From: an uncultured bacterium
GTDB taxonomy: Bacteria; Patescibacteriota; Minisyncoccia; Moranbacterales; UBA2206
Direction of reading: 5' to 3'
Length of the DNA stretch: 62,308 nt
Assembly: GCA_903937035.1 (NCBI GenBank)
Contig: CAIZXS010000016.1
Span: 1 to 62,308 of the forward strand
Shown here: piece after piece, positions 17,166-27,141 of the stretch
Layout of the letters: the number at the start of each line of letters is the position of its first letter
Numbering within the stretch: the stretch's first letter is position 1
Notes under the pieces: generated by a model
What the model saw: only the letters and a program-made list of their open reading frames with translations
What the model was told of the DNA's origin: nothing
Databases searched by the model: none
Position numbers and translations under genes: made by a program

Positions 17166-19106
17166 TTAGTTCTTGCGATAATAAACATTTATTTTATCAT
17201 TAGAATACACTTGCCAGAAATTATTCAACTTTTGAAATTGCATACTATCGTTAAGTCTATCTACCATCACAAAGTTAGTGCCAAGGTCTTCAAAGCATTT
17301 TTTCCCAAGTTCGCCGCCAGGACTAGAAATCATATCGCGCGTACAAAATTCATGCTTATCGACACCATTCTCATATCGCTCAAAATTGGCCCGATAACTT
17401 GGGAAGTAATAGTCTCGCATGAAAAACAGCTTTATCCATGAGTCAGCGAAGAGATAGACGTGATCTGACGCCAGAAGGTCGCTAGGCTCCATTTTTGAAG
17501 CCAAGAAACGACCAGTTTCGAGTGTCAGTTGAACGTTTTGATCATTACTATTCTTCTTTAGGAAATCTGAGTTACCCTCAAATCCATTGGCAAAAATGAA
17601 GATGAGCATTACGGAAAAAGCGCTGAAAATTAATATCTGGCCAGAAAGAGTGAGGTGCTTCTTTGAAAATTTTTCCCGATCAAAAAGAGAGATGAATGAA
17701 AATGCGCCAAGAAGGGCAAAGGGATAAACACCATAATTCGCCACTCGTCCAGAGGGGATGGAAATTCCCACTAGATTGGGCGCGAGAGAAATAAGAGTGA
17801 TTACTGCTACCCAACTAATTAGAAGGAGTGATGAGAATCGGAAAGGATTTTTTTTGTAATAAAATAAAAATAAAATAAAACCAAAAATTCCAATGGCAAA
17901 TCTCGTTTCTCCAAGGATATTCCTAAATTGAAGCAATGATAATCCGGTGTGTTCAACTTTTTTAATTGAGCCCACCACGGTATTCACAGCGCTATTTTTG
18001 AGATAAGTCGGCGTGTAAACAAGAAAGACAAAAGAGATTGCAAAGATAAAAAAAGAAATCAGTAGTGGCGAAAGGAGGTTCTTTTTTTGGCTGAATATAA
18101 AATTCTTAGTTTCTCGAAAGTTTAAAACTAAGGATAATACGATAAATCCCGCAAAGACCAGAAGAAATATTAAAGCTGATAGATGATGAGTATAAAATAG
18201 ACCCATTGAAAATACCAGGGCGAAAAATACAAATAACAGCTCCTTTTCTCGAATAAACCTGATATAAAAAAAGAAAGCAAGTGGAATTAGTAAGTTCCCA
18301 AAAATATTTCCAACCACACCACCACCAACAAATTTGGCTTGTGGCGGATCAATTGCAAAAAGAGCACCCAAAATAAGTAGGCCAAATATAGCCATATTTT
18401 TATTTTGAGGGCTATCTTTAAATAACTGTAGAGACAAAATGAATGTTGCTAGTAAGCTGAAAATATTAATGAAAAGAAGAATGAGAACAGGAAAGGAAGA
18501 TATGAAGCTGGCACCAGAAATCAGACCGATGGCAGAAAAAATCAAATGTTCACCAATCACAAAATCACTGATTGGGCGAGGCGAATCAGATTGATAGGCT
18601 CCAGCTACATTCACAATATCACGCTGAGTATAGTTTTGTATTTTTCCAGACTCAGCAAAGAGCTTAGACCAATACATGTGATGTCCAAGATCTGTACTAG
18701 AAGGTGGCAAGGAATTTTGCAGATAAACAGAACGGATGAATATTGAGAGAAATAAGATCAGAATAATGAGAAAAAGTTGTTTTGAGGAAAAATCAAAAGC
18801 AAGCTTATTCTCAATGTTCAAAGGCGCTTTTCCAAATCGTTTTTTATAGATAAAAAAGCAACCCAACGAGAATGTGAGAATTGCTATAATCAGGGAGGTT
18901 TTAGTAAAGCCGATGTTAAATTGCGACATTAGGAGCATTATGAAGTCCGTAATGAGCACGCTTAAGCCCATAGCAATGATAAATCTTTCCAAGATATTGA
19001 GAGTTTTTTTACCAAAAAAAGCTAAAAGAAGTAAATATCCCGGCAGGAATAGGACGAGAGATATTGCAAAAAAAAACATAAATTGTGCCTGAATGAATTC
19101 GATCAT
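17166..19106 (-). CDS. Large polytopic membrane protein, probable GT-C-type glycosyltransferase or glycan polymerase
   Basis: 646 aa: about 14 TM helices followed by a soluble C-terminal domain. Overlaps the GT4 gene by 4 nt. No diagnostic motif was recognised, so function is inferred from architecture and context. Confidence 0.5.
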   Translation of the reverse strand: MIEFIQAQFMFFFAISLVLFLPGYLLLLAFFGKKTLNILERFIIAMGLSVLITDFIMLLMSQFNIGFTKTSLIIAILTFSLGCFFIYKKRFGKAPLNIENKLAFDFSSKQLFLIILILFLSIFIRSVYLQNSLPPSSTDLGHHMYWSKLFAESGKIQNYTQRDIVNVAGAYQSDSPRPISDFVIGEHLIFSAIGLISGASFISSFPVLILLFINIFSLLATFILSLQLFKDSPQNKNMAIFGLLILGALFAIDPPQAKFVGGGVVGNIFGNLLIPLAFFFYIRFIREKELLFVFFALVFSMGLFYTHHLSALIFLLVFAGFIVLSLVLNFRETKNFIFSQKKNLLSPLLISFFIFAISFVFLVYTPTYLKNSAVNTVVGSIKKVEHTGLSLLQFRNILGETRFAIGIFGFILFLFYYKKNPFRFSSLLLISWVAVITLISLAPNLVGISIPSGRVANYGVYPFALLGAFSFISLFDREKFSKKHLTLSGQILIFSAFSVMLIFIFANGFEGNSDFLKKNSNDQNVQLTLETGRFLASKMEPSDLLASDHVYLFADSWIKLFFMRDYYFPSYRANFERYENGVDKHEFCTRDMISSPGGELGKKCFEDLGTNFVMVDRLNDSMQFQKLNNFWQVYSNDKINVYYRKN

Positions 19107-20224
19107 AAGATTATTCTATTAATTTCTTCCAGATATCTCTTTGAAATTTTTTCCCAAGCAAAATTTTCCCTAACAAACTCACGAGCTTTCTCACCAAAGT
19201 TTTGACGGAAAATATCATCCTCCAAGACCTCCTTGACCTTATTTGCCCACATCTGTGCATTACCAGAATCAAGTAGGATGCCATTCTTACCATCCTTGAT
19301 CGCATCCTTAAGACCTTCAATATTGGAAGCAAGGACAACCCTCTTGCAGGCTGCACCTTCGATCGCTGTTATCCCAAATCCTTCCATTGAACCTGGAACT
19401 TTAATATTAGGTTGAATGAAGATATCGCAAGCATTAAAAAGAATTTTAATATCTTTTCGCGGAAGATTAATGAAAAATTTAACTCTATTTTCCAGTCCCA
19501 ATTCTTTAACAGCTTTTGTGCAATTTGGATAGTTATTCCCATCACCAGCGGTTTTTGCAGCGACTGCTCCGCCAGCAGCAATCAATATATAATTTTCAGG
19601 TAGTTTTGGCATTACGTTTTTAATGAACCACTCTACGCCCTTATGCTTAACAATCCTGCCCCCGCGAAACATGATTTTTTTGCCATCAAGTTTCATGTTG
19701 GTTAATTTCTCCAAATCAGCTCGCGTATGTGTGGCACAAATTTCATCAACGTCTAACCCATTGGGAATGAAAACACATTTCTCCCTCAAGATACCAATTT
19801 TTGTCGCTTGATTAATTGTTTCATTTCCGACCATTATCAGTCTATCTAATCTCTTGAGTGCGGGGATGTTGATTGTGCGATATATTTTTCCCAATATGGA
19901 CTTTTTATGAGCAAAGGTGATATCGAGTCCATGAATGATTGAAATGAATTTCTTTTTCGGATAAAAGAATTTCAAAAATACTCCAACAGGGGATAATACG
20001 CCGTCTCCAAAAAGAACAGCGTCATAGCTAGGAAGCAGAAAAAGGCTCTTTAATGTAACCCAAGGCACAAAAAGCGGCAACATTTTTTTGCCATACTTGT
20101 TGGCAATAATTTTTGTCTCAGTTATTTCGGAAAGAGCTTTGGCAATCCCATAGTTTTGCATCTCGATCCCACCTAGAATTGGCGGATAGGCACGAGAAAT
20201 AAAGAGGATGCGTGATTGTTTCAT
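19103..20224 (-). CDS. GT4-family glycosyltransferase
   Basis: C-terminal EGFGITAIEGAACKRVVLASNIEGLKDAIKDGKNGILL (E-x7-E region). Confidence 0.85.
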   Translation of the reverse strand: MKQSRILFISRAYPPILGGIEMQNYGIAKALSEITETKIIANKYGKKMLPLFVPWVTLKSLFLLPSYDAVLFGDGVLSPVGVFLKFFYPKKKFISIIHGLDITFAHKKSILGKIYRTINIPALKRLDRLIMVGNETINQATKIGILREKCVFIPNGLDVDEICATHTRADLEKLTNMKLDGKKIMFRGGRIVKHKGVEWFIKNVMPKLPENYILIAAGGAVAAKTAGDGNNYPNCTKAVKELGLENRVKFFINLPRKDIKILFNACDIFIQPNIKVPGSMEGFGITAIEGAACKRVVLASNIEGLKDAIKDGKNGILLDSGNAQMWANKVKEVLEDDIFRQNFGEKAREFVRENFAWEKISKRYLEEINRIIL

Positions 20225-20236
20225 ATTGAAGAAAGG

Positions 20237-21220
20237 CTATTTCTTAAGGCGATCTTTTTTCAAAAGATACATTTGCTCCTCAGTCAGATTGCGATTGGTT
20301 TTAATCATATCAGCAATAAGAGCGAAAATGAGCAATTGCGAACCAACAAACATCAAAATCACCGAAAGAAAGAGATAGTTGCGATAGGTGGTGATTTCGA
20401 AGGTTTGGAAATAATGATAAAGAAATAGCAGAAAGACGAGGAGGGATGCTATAACCACGATGAGACCTGGAACACCAAAAAACTTCATCGGACGAACATC
20501 GCGCACAGCCTTAAGGATAATCTTTGCTGAGTTAGAAACAAACTTCCAAACTGATTTTACAATTCGACTTTCGCGGTCAGCGAAATATTTAATCTCGACG
20601 GAGACCCATTTTAATTTCAAGTTTTTGCCAATAGCATCAATGATTGTTTCTTGCGTATAGGTAAAACTAACATTAGTAATGTTTAAGCGCAAAAGCGTTT
20701 CGCGGTTGTGAGCTCGGAACCCACACGTTAAATCGTCAATTGGATATGCCAGAAAAAAACCAACTATCTTAGCGGCAAGACGATTGAGATAATATTTAAT
20801 TTTAGGCATATTTTTTGCCTCATGTTTGCCAAAACGATTGGCAATTACCATATCGGATTGACCGACCAAGATTGGTAAAAGCAGCTTAGGAATATCATCA
20901 GGATCAAATTGCCCATCCGCATCAATGTTTACCATAATATCCGCACCATTTTCCAGGGCATTTTCAACTGACCGCTTAAAGGCATAGGCTAGGCGACGGT
21001 TAGGCTTATAGGAAACAATCAAGTCTACGCCGGCTTTCTTTGCAACCTCAACAGTATTGTCCGTAGATCCATCATCGACTATTTGAATTAGTTTCTGAGA
21101 AATTTTAGCTCCTTCGCCATTCACATAGAAATCGGAGGCGAAGTTCTTTCTGATACGAGTAATTGTTTCCCCGACTTTTTCTTCTTCATTGAAGACAGGC
21201 ATGTTGACAATCAATTTCAT
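20237..21220 (-). CDS. GT2 polyprenyl-phosphate glycosyltransferase (Dpm1/GtrB/ArnC-like) with C-terminal TM hairpin
   Basis: VDDGSTDNT and DADGQFDP (DxD), plus two C-terminal TM helices. Confidence 0.8.
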   Translation of the reverse strand: MKLIVNMPVFNEEEKVGETITRIRKNFASDFYVNGEGAKISQKLIQIVDDGSTDNTVEVAKKAGVDLIVSYKPNRRLAYAFKRSVENALENGADIMVNIDADGQFDPDDIPKLLLPILVGQSDMVIANRFGKHEAKNMPKIKYYLNRLAAKIVGFFLAYPIDDLTCGFRAHNRETLLRLNITNVSFTYTQETIIDAIGKNLKLKWVSVEIKYFADRESRIVKSVWKFVSNSAKIILKAVRDVRPMKFFGVPGLIVVIASLLVFLLFLYHYFQTFEITTYRNYLFLSVILMFVGSQLLIFALIADMIKTNRNLTEEQMYLLKKDRLKK

Positions 21221-21224
21221 GATG

Positions 21225-21458
21225 TTATTTCTTCTTATTAATAATTAATTTAGGATCAGCACAGTTAAAATCACATTTGGCGCCATCGACACCATTATGG
21301 ATGAGTTTGCCCTTGCATTCGTCTAATCTTTTTTGGCATTCAACTTTGCTAGCATTAAAATAATCCCTATTCACCTCAAATCCGAAAAAATTGAGCACAA
21401 AATAGCTAACAACCGCTACGCCACATATCCAAATGGCTAGCTTTAGGAGTGAAAACAT
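21225..21458 (-). CDS. Small membrane-anchored Cys-containing protein
   Basis: N-terminal TM helix. The ectodomain has 4 Cys (ECQKRLDEC...CDFNC). Confidence 0.5.
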   Translation of the reverse strand: MFSLLKLAIWICGVAVVSYFVLNFFGFEVNRDYFNASKVECQKRLDECKGKLIHNGVDGAKCDFNCADPKLIINKKK

Positions 21459-21713
21459 AGTATATATTTAGGCCAATTAAACTGCTTTCAGTATAGCCTG
21501 AAATTGATTTCTCGTAAAGCGATTTTATGAGATTGTAGAAGCTGAGCTTTGGAAGCTTTGGAATCTTAACTTCTGTTTTTCTGACTAACATTTTTTACTC
21601 TAATCCAAAAAAAGTATGCTATAATTATAATTGATAAGAATATAATTTGTTTTAGATTTTGTACATTCGCCTGCCTGCCGGTAGGCAGGTACAGATTCGT
21701 AATTCGTAGTGTC

Positions 21714-22889
21714 ATGAGAATTGGAATCAACGCTTCCTTTTGCCGCAAAGCTCATTCAGGCATTGGGCAGGTCACAATTAGCTTTCTCAAGAAGCTGATT
21801 GCCGAAGAAATGAGAGGCAAGAAGCAAAAAAATAAACTAGAATTTATTCTCTATTTGGAAGAAGACCTGCCGAAAGATTTTCGTCTCCCGGAAAATTTCC
21901 AAAAGAAAATTCTTCTACCGATATACAAACGAGATGATTTAATTCGAAAAATTTGGTGGGAAAAGTATCTCCTGCCACGGCGCGTCAAAAAAGATGGCTG
22001 TGATGTTTTTCTTAGTCTCTATCAATGTCCGATAATTCTTTCTGGAAGCGTGAAACATATAATGCTTGTGCATGATATTATTCCGAGTCTTTTTCCAAAA
22101 TATCTAGATAATGCTCGAAAGAAACATTATCAAACGTTAACAGAAAAAGCCATCTGTCGAGCAAATAAGCTATTAACCGTTTCAAAGAGAACAGAAAAGG
22201 ACTTAATCCAACACTTGCAAATTCCAGCTGATAAAATTTCCACGAACTACATTAGTGTCGATGAATCATATAGAAAGCAAGCATCCGCTGAATGTTGCAG
22301 AAAAGCCCTAAAAAAATACAAGTTAAATCGCGGATACATCTTTGCTGGCGGGGGAATGGAGATCAGAAAAAATATTGAAGGTGTAATTCGAGCTTACGGA
22401 ATGCTCTTGGAGAAAAACAAAAATCTACATTTTATTGAAACGATACCCAAATTGGTGATTTATGGAAAGCTATTGCCAAATTTATCGCTAGCAACTGATG
22501 CGGAAAAATTAGTGCGAGAATTGAACTTAACTAAACAGGTGAAATTCCTAGGATCAGTACCACAAGAAAATTTACCAGCACTCTTCAAAAGTGCACTATT
22601 TTTCATCTATCCATCACACTACGAAGGATTTGGAATGCCGGTTCTAGAGGCAATGAGTCAAGGAACCCCAGTTATAACGGCCAAAAACTCCTCCTTGCCA
22701 GAAGTGGGATTAGATAGTACACTCTATTGTCATGCTGATGACACAAAAGAAATTTCACAAGTAATGAAAAAAGTGTTAACCGACAAATATCTGCGCGACA
22801 CTCTCTCGAAACGAGGACGCGAAAGAGCCAAGCTTTTTTCTTGGGATAAATTTGTGAGGAAGTTTTATGGTGTAATCATGACCAAGTAA
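21714..22889 (+). CDS. GT4-family glycosyltransferase
   Basis: YPSHYEGFGMPVLEAMSQGTPVITAKNSSLPEV. Confidence 0.85.
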   Translation: MRIGINASFCRKAHSGIGQVTISFLKKLIAEEMRGKKQKNKLEFILYLEEDLPKDFRLPENFQKKILLPIYKRDDLIRKIWWEKYLLPRRVKKDGCDVFLSLYQCPIILSGSVKHIMLVHDIIPSLFPKYLDNARKKHYQTLTEKAICRANKLLTVSKRTEKDLIQHLQIPADKISTNYISVDESYRKQASAECCRKALKKYKLNRGYIFAGGGMEIRKNIEGVIRAYGMLLEKNKNLHFIETIPKLVIYGKLLPNLSLATDAEKLVRELNLTKQVKFLGSVPQENLPALFKSALFFIYPSHYEGFGMPVLEAMSQGTPVITAKNSSLPEVGLDSTLYCHADDTKEISQVMKKVLTDKYLRDTLSKRGRERAKLFSWDKFVRKFYGVIMTK

Positions 22890-22892
22890 CAT

Positions 22893-24542
22893 ATGCAAGA
22901 ATGGTTTTCCGATTTTTTTAGTCAACTAAATAAAACCAAAACGTATTTAGTTATAACTAATGTCCTTTTGGTTTTTTTCTTGATCTTGTTTAATAATCTA
23001 GGTGTTCTGCCAATGCGGACAGGGGATTTTGTTTTTTTTACGATTTTAGTTTTAGCTCTTGCGCTATATCGACCTGGCTGGGCGTTTATGTTTTTCATTG
23101 GGTCCATCGCGTTGGAAAATATTAATCTTGCTCCAGAACGGCTAGGAATTGCTATGCGACCATATCAGCTCATTGGAGGACTGCTCTTTATAGGAGTAAC
23201 GATAAGATTTTTCTCCCACAAGCTTTATTTTAAATTGGTCAAGCTACGCTACACAGACTATTCAATATTTCTCATCCCACTCGCTGGACTTTTGAATATT
23301 GCTAATTCTACAAATCCCATCGCTGAAATCAAATTCATTTTAGTTCTTTTTTCCTTTTCAATTCTCTACTTGCTTGTCAGAAATTATATACAAAATACTT
23401 CGGATTTGAAAAAAAGTTTGCCCTTCTTTTTTAGCTCAGCGTTAATCATTGCGCTTTATGGTTTTTGGCAAAATTTACGCTTTGCCAAAGGACTAAATTC
23501 ATTTTCTGTTATGCCCGGAAGACCAAATAGCACTCTCACAGAGCCAGATTGGCTAGGATTGTATCTTGTTTTAGTTGTTGCCGGAATTTATGCCTTGGTA
23601 TATTATTTCGCCCAAAAACCAGACAGAGAACGATTGGTTAGCGAGAACGTGAGCATCTCTGCTACATACATCTTCTTAACTATGATTTTCGCCCTTCTTA
23701 TCATTTCAGTTTCTCGTAGTGCCTGGATTGGCACTCTTGTGATGACGGTTCTATTTGCTTTTTGCATTTTCACTAACCTGAAATTTAACTTTCGAGATTG
23801 GCAATGGAAATTCACTATTAAGATAAAACTGGGAATAATCGGAGCGTTTCTTTTTGGTCTTGGTGCAGTCTATATCTTTCATTTAACTACGTTCCAGCTT
23901 TTTAATCGCGCAGTGAGCACAGGAGGTGCGCAAAAAATTACGATCTCTTGTGATCCTAATTGTGATGTACAGACGTGTCCGCCGGCTGGCGGACTCGTCT
24001 CTACGGGTATAATTATTCATGATCTTTCAGAACTAGAGCAATACGGTTGTCGCCACATTAACCTAGAAGAAATTGAAACAGAAAAAAATCGAGGTCAATT
24101 TGTGACAGAAGTTAATCGTGATGATCCGAATGTGAATGTTCGCGCAGAAGTCTATCGTAAAAGTTGGTCTGAAATTAAAGCGCATCCAATCATTGGTATT
24201 GGCTGGTCCAATATTCCCGAAGTTCTAGGAAAAGACCCGCGTGGCGCCAATCTCAATTCCAGCAATATTTTCCTCGAAACCTATCTTGGCAGCGGAATCA
24301 TTGGCTTTTTGAGCTTACTCATAATCTTAGTTGTTATTTTTCTGCGAGCGCTCATTGCTTTTTTCAAAGAAACTAATCTGGAGCAAAAAACATTTGCTCT
24401 ATTTATTCTTGTTTCTTGGACAGGAATAGTAATCTTTAATTTATTCAACGCTGGAATCATGTTGGGCTTCTTCTGGGTTTGGCTGGGAGTTGCAAACGCA
24501 TTGAAGCCAGCCCTGGAAATTAACGGTCTATCTAAATCATAA
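22893..24542 (+). CDS. O-antigen ligase/polymerase-like (Wzy_C) membrane protein with Cys-rich external insert
   Basis: About 12 TM helices, SRSAWIGTLV motif, external loop with CDPNCDVQTCPP...GCRH. Confidence 0.7.
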   Translation: MQEWFSDFFSQLNKTKTYLVITNVLLVFFLILFNNLGVLPMRTGDFVFFTILVLALALYRPGWAFMFFIGSIALENINLAPERLGIAMRPYQLIGGLLFIGVTIRFFSHKLYFKLVKLRYTDYSIFLIPLAGLLNIANSTNPIAEIKFILVLFSFSILYLLVRNYIQNTSDLKKSLPFFFSSALIIALYGFWQNLRFAKGLNSFSVMPGRPNSTLTEPDWLGLYLVLVVAGIYALVYYFAQKPDRERLVSENVSISATYIFLTMIFALLIISVSRSAWIGTLVMTVLFAFCIFTNLKFNFRDWQWKFTIKIKLGIIGAFLFGLGAVYIFHLTTFQLFNRAVSTGGAQKITISCDPNCDVQTCPPAGGLVSTGIIIHDLSELEQYGCRHINLEEIETEKNRGQFVTEVNRDDPNVNVRAEVYRKSWSEIKAHPIIGIGWSNIPEVLGKDPRGANLNSSNIFLETYLGSGIIGFLSLLIILVVIFLRALIAFFKETNLEQKTFALFILVSWTGIVIFNLFNAGIMLGFFWVWLGVANALKPALEINGLSKS

Positions 24543-24666
24543 AAAGCATGTTTTCAAAAAATCCGCTAATTGCCGAGGGCAGCTTCTCTGTCATGCTTGA
24601 AGATAAGAATTTTAAAGTTTTATGGGAGAGTTATCACATGGAAAGTCAAAAAAATGAATAAATAAT

Positions 24667-25188
24667 ATGACATCAAAAAGAGCAGACAAAAAACAATTGC
24701 AATTGAAAAAAGTTCGAGTTCGACCAATTAAACTTGCCGATCTTGATAAGATTGAGCAACTCATAAAAGATACTATTCTTAAAACAAATACAAAAGACTA
24801 TGTGAAGCCAGTCATAGATTTCATGCTAGGCGTTGATCCCTTTAGGCCTCGCAACACTAGACACGAAAGAGATTATTTTGTAGCAGTTGATGATGCGGGC
24901 ATATGCGGCATAATCGGTCTCAAGGATAATGAGGTAAAAACTTTTTTTGTCGATTCAGCGCATCACGGAAAAGGAATTGGCACAGCATTGCTCGCTCACG
25001 TTGAAAAGCTCATTTCCGCTAGGGGATATCCTACTAGCAAAGTATTTTCAAGCGTAAGCGCTAGGGGTTATTATGAAAAACAAGAATATGGAGTTATCAG
25101 TGAGGATTCGTCAAAAGCGGGTGAAGGAATTATGTTGCGATATTATATGGAGAAAACATTGAGAAAAAAGCAAGACAAGTATGAATAA
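24667..25188 (+). CDS. GNAT-family N-acetyltransferase
   Basis: FFVDSAHHGKGIGTALLAHVE (motif A: Q/RxxGxG/A). Confidence 0.8.
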   Translation: MTSKRADKKQLQLKKVRVRPIKLADLDKIEQLIKDTILKTNTKDYVKPVIDFMLGVDPFRPRNTRHERDYFVAVDDAGICGIIGLKDNEVKTFFVDSAHHGKGIGTALLAHVEKLISARGYPTSKVFSSVSARGYYEKQEYGVISEDSSKAGEGIMLRYYMEKTLRKKQDKYE

Positions 25189-25708
25189 AATCTATTTCAT
25201 AACCGGCGTTAATGGCGTTGGAAAATCAAGTATAATTCCATATTTAAAATCGAAACTTTCTGATGATAAATTCGTGGTGTATGATTTTGACTCGCGAGGC
25301 GTGCCGGAAGATGCTGATCAGAAATGGAGAATGTCTGAGACTAAATATTGGATTAGCGAAGGTATGAGCTTGATAGGAGAGGGGAAGCGTACAATCATTT
25401 GCGGATTCATCAAGCCGAGTGATATTCAGGCAGCGGCTCTGCCGGAAATATCACTGATACTACTAGATGCTAAACCGGAAATAGTTCGTCAACGTTTGAT
25501 TGGAAGATATACAAAGGGCGGTATTTTTGATGTATCGCAAAAAGTAATTGGAAAACCGATTGAAGAATTTATCACAGGCAATGCTTGGTATGCCGGAAAA
25601 ATGCGAGAAGAGTTTGAATTATCTGCTTATCCAGTAATTAACACCTCAACCTTGAATCCGAAAGCAGTTGCGAAAGAAGTGATTAAAATAATATTGGGTA
25701 ATAAATAG
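25181..25708 (+). CDS. P-loop NTPase/kinase-like protein
   Basis: Walker A ITGVNGVGKSS at the N-terminus; 175 aa. Overlaps the GNAT stop by 8 nt (ATGAATAA). Confidence 0.65.
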   Translation: MNKIYFITGVNGVGKSSIIPYLKSKLSDDKFVVYDFDSRGVPEDADQKWRMSETKYWISEGMSLIGEGKRTIICGFIKPSDIQAAALPEISLILLDAKPEIVRQRLIGRYTKGGIFDVSQKVIGKPIEEFITGNAWYAGKMREEFELSAYPVINTSTLNPKAVAKEVIKIILGNK

Positions 25709-25812
25709 TAGTCGAGCAGACTGTCCGCTTTTTAAAAAGTGGCATAGATTGTGCTATTATATAGCAAAAGCTTCTTTTGAGTCTAAATGGAAACGTTAAT
25801 CGTATTACAACT

Positions 25813-26958
25813 ATGCAAATCGGCATCGACATTCGAAATATTGGCAAAGAGAGGACTGGTGATGAAGTGGTGTTTTTTAATTTAGTTAAAAATCTAGCGC
25901 CGATTGATACAGAAAACAAATACCAGCTATTTACAGATATTAGGGATCTTGAAACTTTAGCAAAAATTAAAAGTGATTTGGGCCTTGAAAACAAAAATAA
26001 TTTCGAGATCGTCTCACTTGAGACCAAAAACAAATTTAGCTGGAACTTTTGGACTTTGCCAAAATATTTACGCGCCAATCCGGTTGACCTCTATCTCACG
26101 CAATATATCACGCCATTTTTCGTGTCAAAAAAAATCAAAATTCTGACCATCGTCCATGATGTGTCTTTTTGCGAATATCCGCAGATGATCGAATTCAGTG
26201 ATTTGTTTTTCCTGCGCATGCTCATTCCACTATCTCTGAAAAGAGCTGATAAGATTATTGCCGTGTCGCAATTTACGCGCGATGAAATTATCAAACACTA
26301 CAAAGTAGCTCCCGGGAAGATAAAATATATTTACAATGCGGTAGCGAATAATTTTTTGAGCAAAACATTTTCACAAAGTGAATTGGACAAAATCAGAGAA
26401 AAATATAAGCTACCAAAGAGGTTCATCCTTTATCTAGGAACGTTACAGCCGAGAAAAAACATTCCAGTCCTTATTGAAGCTTATTCTAAGATTAAACAAC
26501 AATTGCCCGGCGTGAAATTAGTTCTAGCTGGAGGCAAAGGTCATAATTATGATCATGCAATTGATATCAAAATACAAAGCTACACTTTGACGGAAGATGA
26601 CGTCATGTTCCCCGGCTTTATTGCTGAAGAGGATAAAAAAGCTGTAATGCTTCTTGCTGAATGCTTTTGCTTTCCCTCGCTCTACGAGGGATTTGGGATT
26701 CCAATTCTGGAAGCATTTTCTGCGAATCTTCCCACAATTGCCTCGCATATTCCACCCCATAAGGAAGTAGCAGGTGACGCTGCACTCTTTTTTGCACCAA
26801 GAAATAGTGATGAATTGTCTGAAAACATAGTAAAGATCATATCGAACAAGGAACTGAGAAAGGCACTGCAAGGAAAGGAAAAAGACCGACTGAAGCTATT
26901 TTCATGGGAAAAAACAGCAAAAAAGATGCTGAGTATTTTTACTAGATTAGGAGGCTAA
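25813..26958 (+). CDS. GT4-family glycosyltransferase
   Basis: FPSLYEGFGIPILEAFSANLPTIASHIPPHKEV. ATG at 25813 (MQIGIDIRN...) is preferred over the TTG at 25777. Confidence 0.85.
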   Translation: MQIGIDIRNIGKERTGDEVVFFNLVKNLAPIDTENKYQLFTDIRDLETLAKIKSDLGLENKNNFEIVSLETKNKFSWNFWTLPKYLRANPVDLYLTQYITPFFVSKKIKILTIVHDVSFCEYPQMIEFSDLFFLRMLIPLSLKRADKIIAVSQFTRDEIIKHYKVAPGKIKYIYNAVANNFLSKTFSQSELDKIREKYKLPKRFILYLGTLQPRKNIPVLIEAYSKIKQQLPGVKLVLAGGKGHNYDHAIDIKIQSYTLTEDDVMFPGFIAEEDKKAVMLLAECFCFPSLYEGFGIPILEAFSANLPTIASHIPPHKEVAGDAALFFAPRNSDELSENIVKIISNKELRKALQGKEKDRLKLFSWEKTAKKMLSIFTRLGG

Positions 26959-26978
26959 TACTAGCACCGGTTGATTGA

Positions 26979-27006
26979 TTGACAAATTATGGGAAAAATG
27001 TAAAAT
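26979..27006 (+). promoter_or_regulatory. Sigma70-like promoter upstream of the LCP gene
   Basis: TTGACA (26979-26984), 16 nt, TAAAAT (27001-27006). This would give a leader of about 130 nt. Confidence 0.4.
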
Positions 27007-27141
27007 ATAGAGGTTATGGCAATTTCGCATTATGGCTTATTTGAGCCAAATTGCTAAAATAAGCTAGCCCAATTTTTAACTATAATTAGCATAAAACTAG
27101 ATCGCATTTCGCTATATAGAGCGAATGATGGTCAAAATTAC

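Noticed and set aside
24548-24661. 37-aa ORF (MFSKNPLIAEGSFSVMLEDKNFKVLWESYHMESQKNE) between the ligase-like gene and the GNAT gene
   Set aside because: It has no hydrophobic or otherwise recognisable features and no clear RBS. There is not enough evidence to call it a gene.
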